Below, in pieces: positions 38,083 through 48,011 of a stretch of DNA of 54,825 nucleotides (position 1 is the stretch's first letter; every line of letters starts with the position of its first letter). The DNA is taken from sequence record DRR723986_8527. One strand, 5' to 3'. A program made the position numbers and the translations under genes. Below the pieces are notes generated by a model that did not search any database, was not told where the DNA came from, and saw only the letters and a program-made list of their open reading frames with translations.

Positions 38083-40840
38083 TTTCGACTTCTTTTTCTA
38101 AGAAATTGATATCTGAATTACAAATTTCTATAGTTAGTTTATTTAGCTCTATTTCAAAATTGTTTAGTGTTTCTTGGGTTATTAACTGATTTTTTGATTT
38201 AGCGTATTTAGATGCTTTTATTCCAAACTTTAAAAATCCTTCATTTAAATTTTTAAAAGATATTATACCTGCTTCTACAGGCAATTCAATAGTTCGGTTT
38301 TTATATGCCATGTAGGCGTAGCACAACACTTGAAATGACTTACTGTACTTTGTGTAGTCTGTTGTTAAATCTTCCCAGTTAATTATTTCCACTTTGCTTT
38401 GTTCAACTTTACCAGTTTTGTAATCAATTATTCTTGTTACTCCATTTAGCTTATCAATTCTATCAACTTTTCCCGTAAGATTCACAGGGTAATTGAAGTG
38501 TGCAATGTTGAGCCCAACTTTTTCTTCAGTTTCAATTGCTATAATTTCAATAACATTTCCTTCCTCTAAAAGTTCAATTTCTGTATTCAGGAAATTATGA
38601 ATATAACGTTGTGCAATTTCATAAATGATTAAGTTCTTCCCTTTGGAAAAATCTCCTTTATTATACAGATTTTTAAAATGCTTTGTTACTGTATCTTCAA
38701 CTTGCCCTTTAAAAGCTTTTAAATGCTGAAGTGTTAATTGCTCTCCCTCTAGAGGTTTATAAAAATCTTCTAGTGTATTATGTATTACAGAACCCAGTGT
38801 ATTTGCTGCAATATTTTCTTCGACATCTTCAAAATCTTTGACGCCTAATATTTTCTCATAATAAAAATCTAATGGATTTCTAATATAATTACTAAGTGAT
38901 GATGGTGAAAACCCTTTAAATGCTATAGCTTTTAATTTAGTTAAAACCTCTGGTGTTTTAATAATTTGATTTAACTCTGTTTTAATCACAGGCACATAGG
39001 GTGAAATAACGCGATGATTTATGTGATGAACACCTTCAATTTCTAGTTGGGTTATAAATCTACTTTTTTCACCACCCTTTAAAGTATCTACTTCAGTATT
39101 ATATAGAATATAAACTGTTTTTGCTCTTTGTAGTAGTCTATAGAAGTGATAAGTGTAGACTGCATCTTTTTCTTTAAAGGTGGGTAGATTATTTTCGATT
39201 TTTACATCAAATGGGATGAACGAATTGTTGCTTTTTCCAGAGGGAAGTATACCTTCATTTACAGAACTAATTATAACAGTATCAAAATCTAACACACGAG
39301 ACTCTAACATTCCCATAACCTGCAAGCCTTCTAAAGGTTCACCTTTAAAGTCTAGAGTCTCTGAACTCAATAGTTCTTTATAAATGCCGTGAAGTGCCGC
39401 TATTGAATTTAAATAACAATGAGTTGAGTTTAAATCTTTAAGTTTATTAAATAGTACATTAAATCTATACAAATATTCCAGTTCTAGTTGATTAACCTGT
39501 TTGTTAATATTTAGCTTGTCTCTTATGTTAAGTATTAATTCAGAGCAATGATTCAGGGCTATTTCTGGAGAATCTACCCACGGTTTAAATAATATGTCAA
39601 TGCTATTCTTAGAAAATGTAATATTATCCGCGAGTTGGTCATTAGACAGGTATACTATGTTATTTTTTTGGATGAATTCTACTAACTTATCACTTTCATT
39701 ATGATTATCAGTTTGAAATAACAACTGTATTAATGGATGAGAAATGATACTTATAACATCTTTAAAATAATACTTGTTAGTGTTTTTTTTATGGATATAG
39801 AATAGTTGATTAAATAGTGAAGCAAGTGGGACATACTTTAATGGCAGTCCCATTGTGACATTAAGTTTTTCTACAGAATTGGGAAGTGAATTTAAAACAG
39901 GAACTAGTAGATTTTCTTCACCTAGAACTACAGCAACATTAGCGAGAGTTGGATTTGATTTGCTAATAGAATCTAAAATGTTTCCAATTTGTTTTGCCTG
40001 ACCTATAAGTTTTGGTATTCCAATAACTTCGATTTTCTTATTTTCTGTGTAATGATTAGTTAACCAATTAAACGAATGGTTTTTATAATAGTTCCATTTC
40101 TTTTTGTGATCTCTTATAAAATGCCCTGCGTCGTGTATTTTGTCATTTACAAATGACTCGTCTGCATCCCAATAAATTTGAGCAATGTCACTATGTAGTA
40201 ATCCTTGAATAATTCTTGATTCTGCTTCATTCAGTGCGTTAAAACCTAAGAATATATGAGTTTTATGAGGTTTACTTTCAATATAAGATTCGAGATTATC
40301 AGCGGCTTCTCTATAGATTAAGCCTTGATAACCCAAACCATTTTGAAGAAGGCTATCAGTAAATGATATGTAATAAGTTTTTAATTGTTTCCAAAACTTT
40401 AGATGGCTTTTAACTAAATCTGTTGGGTCTTGATCTAACGACCAATGATTAAGCTCTTTTATGGCATTTAGGTAGTCGAAAATATATTCGTGAGGCACTA
40501 AAAACCTATCAATCTCATTGAAGTCTTGTAATAATATTTGAGCCCATTTTGAAAATGAATCGAAAGGCTCTTGTTCTGACTCTTTAGTTATTGATTTATA
40601 TGAGGCATAAAGTCTAAATAGAAGATCTGTATTAGGTATTTTTTTAAGACCTGATAATTCTTCTACAAATTCCTCAATACTTAGTATTTGAGGCGAAAAT
40701 ATGGGTTGATCTAAAAGAGAAGAAAGTTGATTTTTAAGAAATAGACCTGCTCTTTTACTAGGGAGAATAAACTGTATATCTTCAAAGTTTATTTTTTTTT
40801 CTTTAAGATCTACTAATACAGTTTTGATAAAACTTCTCAT
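38069..40840 (-). CDS. addB: AddB-like inactive helicase/PD-(D/E)XK nuclease
   Basis: LPSKRAG, GMLESR, FSPSSL, GKVDRID, IDYKTG. Confidence 0.75.
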   Translation of the reverse strand: MRSFIKTVLVDLKEKKINFEDIQFILPSKRAGLFLKNQLSSLLDQPIFSPQILSIEEFVEELSGLKKIPNTDLLFRLYASYKSITKESEQEPFDSFSKWAQILLQDFNEIDRFLVPHEYIFDYLNAIKELNHWSLDQDPTDLVKSHLKFWKQLKTYYISFTDSLLQNGLGYQGLIYREAADNLESYIESKPHKTHIFLGFNALNEAESRIIQGLLHSDIAQIYWDADESFVNDKIHDAGHFIRDHKKKWNYYKNHSFNWLTNHYTENKKIEVIGIPKLIGQAKQIGNILDSISKSNPTLANVAVVLGEENLLVPVLNSLPNSVEKLNVTMGLPLKYVPLASLFNQLFYIHKKNTNKYYFKDVISIISHPLIQLLFQTDNHNESDKLVEFIQKNNIVYLSNDQLADNITFSKNSIDILFKPWVDSPEIALNHCSELILNIRDKLNINKQVNQLELEYLYRFNVLFNKLKDLNSTHCYLNSIAALHGIYKELLSSETLDFKGEPLEGLQVMGMLESRVLDFDTVIISSVNEGILPSGKSNNSFIPFDVKIENNLPTFKEKDAVYTYHFYRLLQRAKTVYILYNTEVDTLKGGEKSRFITQLEIEGVHHINHRVISPYVPVIKTELNQIIKTPEVLTKLKAIAFKGFSPSSLSNYIRNPLDFYYEKILGVKDFEDVEENIAANTLGSVIHNTLEDFYKPLEGEQLTLQHLKAFKGQVEDTVTKHFKNLYNKGDFSKGKNLIIYEIAQRYIHNFLNTEIELLEEGNVIEIIAIETEEKVGLNIAHFNYPVNLTGKVDRIDKLNGVTRIIDYKTGKVEQSKVEIINWEDLTTDYTKYSKSFQVLCYAYMAYKNRTIELPVEAGIISFKNLNEGFLKFGIKASKYAKSKNQLITQETLNNFEIELNKLTIEICNSDINFLEKEVENAYR

Positions 40841-40851
40841 TATATAAAAAT

Positions 40852-40882
40852 AAAAAACGCTCCGAATTTCGGAGCGTTTTTT
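40852..40882 (-). terminator. Intrinsic terminator after the OmpA gene
   Basis: AAAAAACGCTCCGAA-T-TTCGGAGCGTTTTTT. Confidence 0.85.
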
Positions 40883-40905
40883 ATTATTTTATTGTGGTAT
40901 TTATA

Positions 40906-42309
40906 TTAGTTTGATTTAACTAAATTAACCTCAACACGTCTGTTTTCTTTTCTACCAGATCTAGTTTTATTAGATGCGATAGGATTATCCTCACCATAAC
41001 CTTGTGAAGTTAATCTATCTGCAGCAATTCCGTTAGCAATTAAGTAATCTCTAACCGCATTAGCTCTTCTTTCAGATAAAGCTTGGTTACTAGCTTTAGG
41101 ACCTACACTATCAGTATGACCGTCTATAGTAAACTGAGCGTTTGGATATTCTTTAAAGATAACAACCATTGCTTGTAAGACCTGATCAGTTTCTTTCTTA
41201 AATGAAGCTCTACCTGTATCAAATAAGATATCTCTTGCATAAGTGTTTAAAGATTTTACAACCTCTGTTGGAGGATCAATTACTGGGCAACCATTATTTG
41301 CAACTTCACCAGCTTCGTTAGGACATTTATCATCTTTGTCTAATACACCATCACCATCAGTATCTGGCCAAGGGCAACCATTGTTAGCTGCAGGACCTGA
41401 TTCGTTAGGACAGTTATCATCACCATCAGCAACACCGTCACCGTCAGCATCTGGACATCCCATTAATGCTTTTAAACCAGCAACACTTGGACATTTATCA
41501 TCTTTATCCATAACACCATCACCGTCACCATCTGGGCATCCGTTGAATTCAGCTAAACCAGCTACGTTAGGACAATCATCTTTAGAATCTTGAATTCCGT
41601 CATTATCAGAATCTGGACAACCATTAAAGATTTCTAAACCAGCTTCTTCAGGACAAGCATCATCTTGGTCATAAATACCATCATTATCAGTATCAGTACC
41701 ACCAAACTTAAGAACAATACCTACTGAATGTTGGAAATGCTTTGGCAAGTAATCTTCGAAAGCGTGCTTGTATGTAGACTGTGCTTCAACACCAAATTTT
41801 TCAGAAATCCAGTATTTGATACCTAATGTTCCGTTTAATGTTCCTGCACCTATATCATCTAACCAAGTGTAACCACCACCAACACCTAAAAAAGGATCGA
41901 ATTTGTTAGACTTAATTAAGTTCATAAAACTGTAAGAAACCATACCGTCTAACGCGTAGTAAGTTAAATCGTTAACTTCGTTAGTAGACTCTTCCCCAGT
42001 TTGTGGGTCTCTGTTAGAACCAAACTTTGTAATTTTATTTAATGATCCACCAGCAGTGAAACTAAATCCATCGCTTAAATATCTAGAAACAGTTATTCTA
42101 GAAATTGTAGGCATAATATTCCAATGGTCCTTTACATTAAAGTATTCATCAAAATAGTCTCCTTGAGGAGCATCCTCTCCAACTGGATATGGATCGACCG
42201 CATTAACTCCAAGACCGATAGCCCATGGATTGTTTTTATCTTGCGCATTTGAAGTGCTAAATGATACTAGGAGCACTGTAACAAAAAGTAATCTGCTAAG
42301 ATTTTTCAT
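40906..42309 (-). CDS. OmpA-family outer membrane protein with thrombospondin type 3 repeats
   Basis: Signal peptide; beta-barrel region; repeated DxDxDG..D..D.CP; GHTD, LSERRA, NRRVE. Confidence 0.92.
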   Translation of the reverse strand: MKNLSRLLFVTVLLVSFSTSNAQDKNNPWAIGLGVNAVDPYPVGEDAPQGDYFDEYFNVKDHWNIMPTISRITVSRYLSDGFSFTAGGSLNKITKFGSNRDPQTGEESTNEVNDLTYYALDGMVSYSFMNLIKSNKFDPFLGVGGGYTWLDDIGAGTLNGTLGIKYWISEKFGVEAQSTYKHAFEDYLPKHFQHSVGIVLKFGGTDTDNDGIYDQDDACPEEAGLEIFNGCPDSDNDGIQDSKDDCPNVAGLAEFNGCPDGDGDGVMDKDDKCPSVAGLKALMGCPDADGDGVADGDDNCPNESGPAANNGCPWPDTDGDGVLDKDDKCPNEAGEVANNGCPVIDPPTEVVKSLNTYARDILFDTGRASFKKETDQVLQAMVVIFKEYPNAQFTIDGHTDSVGPKASNQALSERRANAVRDYLIANGIAADRLTSQGYGEDNPIASNKTRSGRKENRRVEVNLVKSN

Positions 42310-42346
42310 ATTCTAATTAATTTTAATTTTAAGTGTTAATTGTTGG

Positions 42347-42354
42347 CAAAAGTA
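42347..42354 (-). promoter_or_regulatory. -7 promoter element of the OmpA gene
   Basis: TACTTTTG. Confidence 0.6.
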
Positions 42355-42433
42355 AGTTGTTAAATTTTATTAACAAAGACAAATATATAAAAATATTGTT
42401 ATATCGCCCTAAAATAGTGAGTTTGTAATGAAT

Positions 42434-43627
42434 TTAAATAACTTTTAGCTCTTTGCCAACTTTTATAAATGCGCTAACTGCTTTATCGAGCTGATCTTTG
42501 GTGTGAGCCGCTGATAGCTGAACCCTTATTCTTGACTTGTCTTTAGGCACTACTGGATAGAAAAACCCAATAACATATACACCTTCTTTGAGCAGCATAT
42601 TTGCCATGGTTTGTGATAACTTTGCATCATATAACATTACTGGTACTATTGCAGAGTCTCCATCGATGATATCAAACCCTGCTTCTTTCATCCCCTTTTT
42701 GAAGTATTTTGTGTTCCAATCCACCTTATCCCTTAGGCTTGTGTCGTTTTTTAGCATGTCAAAAACCTTAATTGAAGCACCAACAATTGCTGGAGCTAAG
42801 GAATTTGAAAACAAATAGGGCCTAGATCGTTGTCTCAAAATTTCGATAATTTCTTTTTTAGCAGTTGTATAACCACCCATTGCACCACCCATTGCTTTAC
42901 CTAGAGTACCAGTTATAATATCTATTCTACCCAACACTCCCTTTTCTTCTAATGTTCCAATACCAGTTTCACCAATAAATCCTGTAGCATGGCATTCATC
43001 TATCATCACCATTGCATCATATTTATCTGCCAAATCACAGATTTTATCTAATGGTGCAACTAAGCCATCCATAGAAAACACGCTATCAGTAACAATAATT
43101 TTAAATCGAGCACCATTTTCGTTAGCAGCAATAAGTTGTTTTTCCAGGTCTGCCATATCGTTGTTGTGGTAACGATATCTGGCTGCTTTACATAATCTTA
43201 CACCATCTATAATTGAAGCGTGATTAAGAGAATCTGATATTATAGCATCTTCTTTAGATAAGAGTGGTTCAAAAACACCACCATTTGCATCAAAAGCAGC
43301 AGCATATAGTATGGTGTCTTCCGTACCATAGAAATCAGCAATTTTTTGCTCTAGTTCTTTGTGAATATCTTGTGTACCGCAAATAAATCTCACAGAAGAC
43401 ATACCAAAGCCATGTGAATCTAAAGTGTCTTTTGCAGCTTGAATTACCTCTGGATGAGATGATAAACCCAGATAATTATTTGCACAGAAATTTAAAACCT
43501 TTTGACCCGTGTTTAGCGTTATTTCAGCACCTTGCGGTGAAGTAATTATACGCTCTTCTTTAAATAAACCAGCATCCTTTATTGATTCTATTTCTTTTTG
43601 TAAGTGTGATTGTATTTCTCCGTACAT
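42434..43627 (-). CDS. kbl: Glycine C-acetyltransferase (2-amino-3-ketobutyrate CoA ligase)
   Basis: [39 protein letters not shown]. Confidence 0.95.
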   Translation of the reverse strand: MYGEIQSHLQKEIESIKDAGLFKEERIITSPQGAEITLNTGQKVLNFCANNYLGLSSHPEVIQAAKDTLDSHGFGMSSVRFICGTQDIHKELEQKIADFYGTEDTILYAAAFDANGGVFEPLLSKEDAIISDSLNHASIIDGVRLCKAARYRYHNNDMADLEKQLIAANENGARFKIIVTDSVFSMDGLVAPLDKICDLADKYDAMVMIDECHATGFIGETGIGTLEEKGVLGRIDIITGTLGKAMGGAMGGYTTAKKEIIEILRQRSRPYLFSNSLAPAIVGASIKVFDMLKNDTSLRDKVDWNTKYFKKGMKEAGFDIIDGDSAIVPVMLYDAKLSQTMANMLLKEGVYVIGFFYPVVPKDKSRIRVQLSAAHTKDQLDKAVSAFIKVGKELKVI

Positions 43628-43649
43628 TTTTTTGATGTTTTATAAAGTG

Positions 43650-43657
43650 CAAAGATA
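43650..43657 (-). promoter_or_regulatory. -7 promoter element of kbl
   Basis: TATCTTTG. Confidence 0.6.
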
Positions 43658-43668
43658 CTATGTATTAA

Positions 43669-46600
43669 CTATACTTCAATGACTTCAACGGTGTCATTTA
43701 CGTAAACTAACAATTTGTGGATGACTTTTAAACTCATCTGTTGTAAAATCGTTTCATAGTCATTTAATTGTAGTTTATGAGATGCTTTTATTGCACCCGT
43801 TTTATAATCGATAAGTATTACTTCATTGTTAGAGTTTATGTTTAAACGATCTGGTCGTATAAGTTGTCCATAACTTGTGATAATATCTCTTTCATTATAT
43901 ACCCTATATGAATTTTGAAAATACTTATTTAGTTTTGGGTGTTCAATCACCTGAATGACAAGCATTCTTAATGTATGAACGTTATTATTTGAAATCTCTC
44001 CAGAGCTTAATAAATCATTTAGGGCGAATTCAATATCTGATTCAAATTTTATTTTGGAAAGTACAAAATGAATTAGATTACCTCGTTCAATAGCACCTTC
44101 TTGTTTAGTGTCCCAAAGTAATCCTGCCTTGGTAATGATATTTAAGTTGTGATTTTCTTTTGGTGTTGATATTAGCTGTAAAGGCAAAGGTGTATTTTTT
44201 GGTTCAGTTGAGACTGTTGATGTAAGTTCTCCAAAACTATAATTTAATTGATTATTAGACCATAAAACTTTATTTTGAAGGTAATCTATAAACATACCAG
44301 CATAGGATTTACGGTTTACGTTACCTTTTGAATCAATATCTTTTTTAGAAATTATATGTAATTGCGAAATAGCTCTAGTTAGTACTACGTATAACAGGTT
44401 TATATTATCTAGTTCCAATTGTGATTGATGCTGGTGAAAAATGCGCTTTCCAATACCTCCAAAATGTTCGACATCCTTATTATAATTGACCAGCAAATTG
44501 TTAAAGCCACAGTAATTAGCTTCATCAACCGAAAACCAAACTTTAGGTTCAAGTTCTTTATAGATATCTAAGTCTGCAAAAGGAAAAATCACTATTGGAA
44601 ATTCGAGTCCTTTAGATTTATGGATTGTCATAATCTGAACAGCATCTAAATCTCCAGGAGATATTATACTTAGATTGTCTTTTTTCTTTTCAAAATAACT
44701 GATAAATGACGTTAAATCAGAGTTATGTTTTTGAGTGAATTCTAGTACAACGTCTAAATAAAACTGAAGATATGCATCACTTTCAGTATTGAGTTTAAAA
44801 ACTCTAATTAGCTCCTCCATTAGCTCGTAAAGCGGCTGTTGGAGTAAGTAATTTTTATCAATATTTATATCTATTTCCTTAAGATTTTCCAGCATTTTAT
44901 CTACACTTTTATTTAAGTGTTTTGCATAAAATGTGTGCTTGTCAACGACTCCATTTTGTTTAGCGATAAAAGAAAGTAATTCTACCTTAGCGCTATCATT
45001 ATTTGGCTGAGTAAGCATTCTTAAAAAAGTGTCTAAGAACACAACTTTTTCTGAATTAATAAGTAGTAGGGTTTCTGAAGAGGTAATATTTATGTTGTTT
45101 TCACTTAGGTAATTTGCTACAGCGACGCCTTCTTTTTTCTTTCTCACTAAAACGCAAATGTCACTTAGCGAATATCCTTTTTCTAAACATTTATTTATAG
45201 TATCTAAAACCTCAAAACAATAGATTTCAGAATTATCATCTTCTTTTTGAAAATCTAAAAACTTAAGACTAACAAATCCTTCAGTATTATTGCTGATGTT
45301 TTGCGTTGCAGTTTTATAAAGGTTTGAGTAATTTGTATCAGTAAAATAGTTTTCTCCTAAAAAATTAAAAAATTCATTATTAAAATTTATTATGTCCTTC
45401 GTACTTCTGTAATTGGTGTTTAAGGCCAATACTTCGGTCTCAATCTGAAATGGATTTAAATTCTTATTGTAGAGTTCAATAAATTGTTCTGCTTCACCAC
45501 CACGCCATCTGTAGATAGCTTGTTTAGCGTCGCCTACCAGCATTGCAGAACCATTAGAAGTAGATAAAGCATTGTCTAATAATGGAACGAGATTGTGCCA
45601 TTGCATTTTTGAGGTGTCTTGAAACTCATCAATAAAATAATGCTTGTATTTTTCTCCTAATCTTTCATAAATAAAGGGAGTTGGCTGATCTTTAATCTCT
45701 TTGCTAATTATTTGATTAAATTCTGAAATTAGCATTTTGTTTTGCTCGTCCTTTAGGCTATCTAATTCATTCTGAATAGCGTTAAGAACTGATAGAGGTG
45801 TTAAGTTTTTATAAACACCTGTAAGGAATTTACAATGGAAAACATTTGTTTTCTGAAGTTTATAGCTCTGTTCAATTTCCGGAAGAATACTTTCTATAGT
45901 TTCGGCTAAGTAGGCGTCAAGAGATTTGTTATATATGCTTTTTCGCTCTTCTAAATTTTCTTCTAATTTGTTATTGTATAGACCTGTTAAATTCAATTTA
46001 GACGCTTTAATAAAATGATTTGGTAAGGTGCTTCTGGTAAAATCACTAAACTCCAAGCCAGATTCATTTATTAAATCTAACGTTTTGGTGGCGATAGATT
46101 TTATAGCTTTTTCAGTTTTCTTAATCTCAATATTTATGTTTTGCTTTAAGCACTTAAAATCTTCTTGAGTTCTATCTTTTAATGCCTTTATGTGAATAAA
46201 GTCATTTTCGTTTATTAAAAGTTTAGCTATTTTATTGAAGTCATAACTAATGTCCCAACTCTTGTCATCATCAGTTTTTTCTATAGCAAAATCAACAAGA
46301 ATTTTAGTGAGTTCCTTGTTTGTCCCTGCTTTGGATATTAGACTGTCCACAGCTTCATTTAACAATCTTTCTTGGTCTAGTTCAACTTCAAAATTTACAG
46401 GGAGTTTTAAATCGTGGGCAAAGGTTCTAATTACTCTATGCGTAAACCCATCTATAGTTGAGATATCAAAGGCGCCATAATTATGAATGATATGTTTAAG
46501 TATGAGTTTTGATTTGGTAAAAAGCTCAGTTGTAGATAATGACAACTCTGAAGAGATATCAGTAAACATAGGATGTGGCTTCTCCAAATTTTCTTCAGAG

Positions 46601-46797
46601 GAAAATGTTATCAGCATATTAATTATGCGTTCTTTCATTTCCCCAACGGCCTTATTAGTAAAAGTTAGTGCGAGTATAGACTTAAACTGATCATAGCCTT
46701 TGGCATCGATAAGAATTTTAATATAAGTTTTCGCTAAGGTGTAGGTTTTACCACTTCCGGCTGAGGCATTGTATATTTTGAATGTAGAATTTTGCAA
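43669..46797 (-). CDS. addA: AddA-like UvrD helicase-nuclease
   Basis: ASAGSGKT, TFTNKA, DEFQD, GDAKQAIYRWRG, HKSKGLEF; C-terminal RPDR..IDYKTG. Confidence 0.8.
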   Translation of the reverse strand: MQNSTFKIYNASAGSGKTYTLAKTYIKILIDAKGYDQFKSILALTFTNKAVGEMKERIINMLITFSSEENLEKPHPMFTDISSELSLSTTELFTKSKLILKHIIHNYGAFDISTIDGFTHRVIRTFAHDLKLPVNFEVELDQERLLNEAVDSLISKAGTNKELTKILVDFAIEKTDDDKSWDISYDFNKIAKLLINENDFIHIKALKDRTQEDFKCLKQNINIEIKKTEKAIKSIATKTLDLINESGLEFSDFTRSTLPNHFIKASKLNLTGLYNNKLEENLEERKSIYNKSLDAYLAETIESILPEIEQSYKLQKTNVFHCKFLTGVYKNLTPLSVLNAIQNELDSLKDEQNKMLISEFNQIISKEIKDQPTPFIYERLGEKYKHYFIDEFQDTSKMQWHNLVPLLDNALSTSNGSAMLVGDAKQAIYRWRGGEAEQFIELYNKNLNPFQIETEVLALNTNYRSTKDIINFNNEFFNFLGENYFTDTNYSNLYKTATQNISNNTEGFVSLKFLDFQKEDDNSEIYCFEVLDTINKCLEKGYSLSDICVLVRKKKEGVAVANYLSENNINITSSETLLLINSEKVVFLDTFLRMLTQPNNDSAKVELLSFIAKQNGVVDKHTFYAKHLNKSVDKMLENLKEIDINIDKNYLLQQPLYELMEELIRVFKLNTESDAYLQFYLDVVLEFTQKHNSDLTSFISYFEKKKDNLSIISPGDLDAVQIMTIHKSKGLEFPIVIFPFADLDIYKELEPKVWFSVDEANYCGFNNLLVNYNKDVEHFGGIGKRIFHQHQSQLELDNINLLYVVLTRAISQLHIISKKDIDSKGNVNRKSYAGMFIDYLQNKVLWSNNQLNYSFGELTSTVSTEPKNTPLPLQLISTPKENHNLNIITKAGLLWDTKQEGAIERGNLIHFVLSKIKFESDIEFALNDLLSSGEISNNNVHTLRMLVIQVIEHPKLNKYFQNSYRVYNERDIITSYGQLIRPDRLNINSNNEVILIDYKTGAIKASHKLQLNDYETILQQMSLKVIHKLLVYVNDTVEVIEV

Positions 46798-46864
46798 GTG
46801 ATAAATTTTATACCAAAATAGGGAATCTTAATAATTTATTTAGATTTTCTTGTTTTCAATATTG

Positions 46865-46872
46865 TAAATTTG
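46865..46872 (+). promoter_or_regulatory. -7 promoter element of sod
   Basis: TAAATTTG. Confidence 0.55.
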
Positions 46873-46907
46873 TTAAAATTAAAACGATAACTTAAAACCA
46901 AATAATT

Positions 46908-47516
46908 ATGGCATTTGAATTACCAAAACTAAAATACGCTTATGACGCATTAGAGCCACATATAGATGCTCTTACAATGGAGATTCACCATTCTAAACAT
47001 CATAATGGATATACTACAAAACTTAATGCCGCTATAGAGGGCACAGCATTAGAAGGAAAATCTATTGAAGATATTTTATCAAATTTAGATATGACTAATA
47101 GTGGTGTAAGAAATAATGGTGGTGGATTTTACAATCATTCATTATTCTGGGATGTGATGAATCCTGAAGACAGAGGATATCTTTCAGGTGAATTAAAAGA
47201 TGCTATTGAATCAGAATTTGTATCTAAGGATGCATTTGTTGAAGCTTTTAGTAAAGCAGCAGCAACTCAGTTTGGTTCAGGATGGGCTTGGCTGTGTGTA
47301 CATAAAGGAGGAAAGGTAGAAGTTTGTTCTACACCAAATCAAGACAATCCATTAATGCCAGGCGTAAGTTGTGAAGGCACACCTATTTTAGGATTAGATG
47401 TATGGGAACATGCCTATTATTTAAACTACCAAAATAGAAGACCAGATTATATTGATGCTTTCTTTAAAGTAATTAACTGGAATGAAGTAGAGCGTCGATA
47501 CGCAGAGGCAAAATAA
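46908..47516 (+). CDS. sodA: Superoxide dismutase, Mn-type signature
   Basis: [30 protein letters not shown]. Confidence 0.9.
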   Translation: MAFELPKLKYAYDALEPHIDALTMEIHHSKHHNGYTTKLNAAIEGTALEGKSIEDILSNLDMTNSGVRNNGGGFYNHSLFWDVMNPEDRGYLSGELKDAIESEFVSKDAFVEAFSKAAATQFGSGWAWLCVHKGGKVEVCSTPNQDNPLMPGVSCEGTPILGLDVWEHAYYLNYQNRRPDYIDAFFKVINWNEVERRYAEAK

Positions 47517-47539
47517 GAGAAAACACTTTTAAAATTGAG

Positions 47540-47569
47540 AAATCCAAGTTGAGAGACTTGGATTTTTTT
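47540..47569 (+). terminator. Intrinsic terminator after sod
   Basis: AAATCCAAGT-TGAGAG-ACTTGGATTTTTTT. Confidence 0.85.
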
Positions 47570-47598
47570 ATGGATTAAAACAAACAATTTATAAAATG

Positions 47599-47671
47599 AA
47601 AAAGGATGAACAGACGTTCATCCTTTTTGCCCCAAATCTACCATAAACTTAACCTACTTATGTTATGGTGA
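47599..47671 (-). ncRNA. Candidate small RNA, copy 1
   Basis: Upstream TATATTTG (47674-47681); 43-nt core shared with copy 2; terminator GGATGAAC-GTCT-GTTCATCC-TTTTT. Confidence 0.65.
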
Positions 47672-47711
47672 CTCAAATATAAGTGCACAGATATTTAATA
47701 TTTTAATTTTT

Positions 47712-47742
47712 TGGACAAACGACCTATATATTAGTCTAAGCG
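47712..47742. promoter_or_regulatory. Direct-repeat boxes upstream of sRNA copy 1
   Basis: TGGACAAACG and TAGTCTAAGCG, 20 bp apart, at the same offset as in copy 2. Confidence 0.4.
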
Positions 47743-47831
47743 TGGAACCAACAGTGTTTATTAACCTATGTTAATAGAGATAACAAAAACAAACACAACT
47801 TTTTGAGAAGATAACAGAAAGTATAGGGTAT

Positions 47832-47905
47832 AAAAAAAGGTGAACTAAGTTCACCTTTTTTTGCCCCAAATCTACCATGAACTTAACCTACTTATGTTAT
47901 GGTGA
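47832..47905 (-). ncRNA. Candidate small RNA, copy 2
   Basis: Upstream TACATTGG (47908-47915); core 42/43 identical to copy 1; terminator GGTGAAC-TTA-GTTCACC-TTTTTTT. Confidence 0.65.
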
Positions 47906-47945
47906 TACCAATGTATATTTAATTTGTTAAAGCGAGGGTAAATAA

Positions 47946-47997
47946 TAGACGAAATGCATTTTTATTAGACAAAACGCTTATTTTTTCGGATAAAATG
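47946..47997. promoter_or_regulatory. Three direct-repeat boxes upstream of sRNA copy 2
   Basis: TAGACGAAATG (47946), TAGACAAAACG (47966), CGGATAAAATG (47987). Confidence 0.5.
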
Positions 47998-48011
47998 TGA
48001 GTTTGTTCGAT

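Noticed and set aside
38069-40840. Defence nuclease or Cas4 interpretation of the PD-(D/E)XK protein
   Set aside because: Size, degenerate helicase region and the nearby AddA-like gene fit recombinational repair
41243-41593. 116-aa Pro/Ser-rich repetitive ORF on the plus strand
   Set aside because: Antisense shadow of the DxDxDG repeats of the OmpA gene
47599-47915. CRISPR array or peptide-coding repeat
   Set aside because: Only two copies with a 234-bp period and no cas genes in the window. The internal minus-strand ORF (MVDLGQK...) stops after 8 codons in copy 1 and runs through the terminator in copy 2, so it is not conserved.
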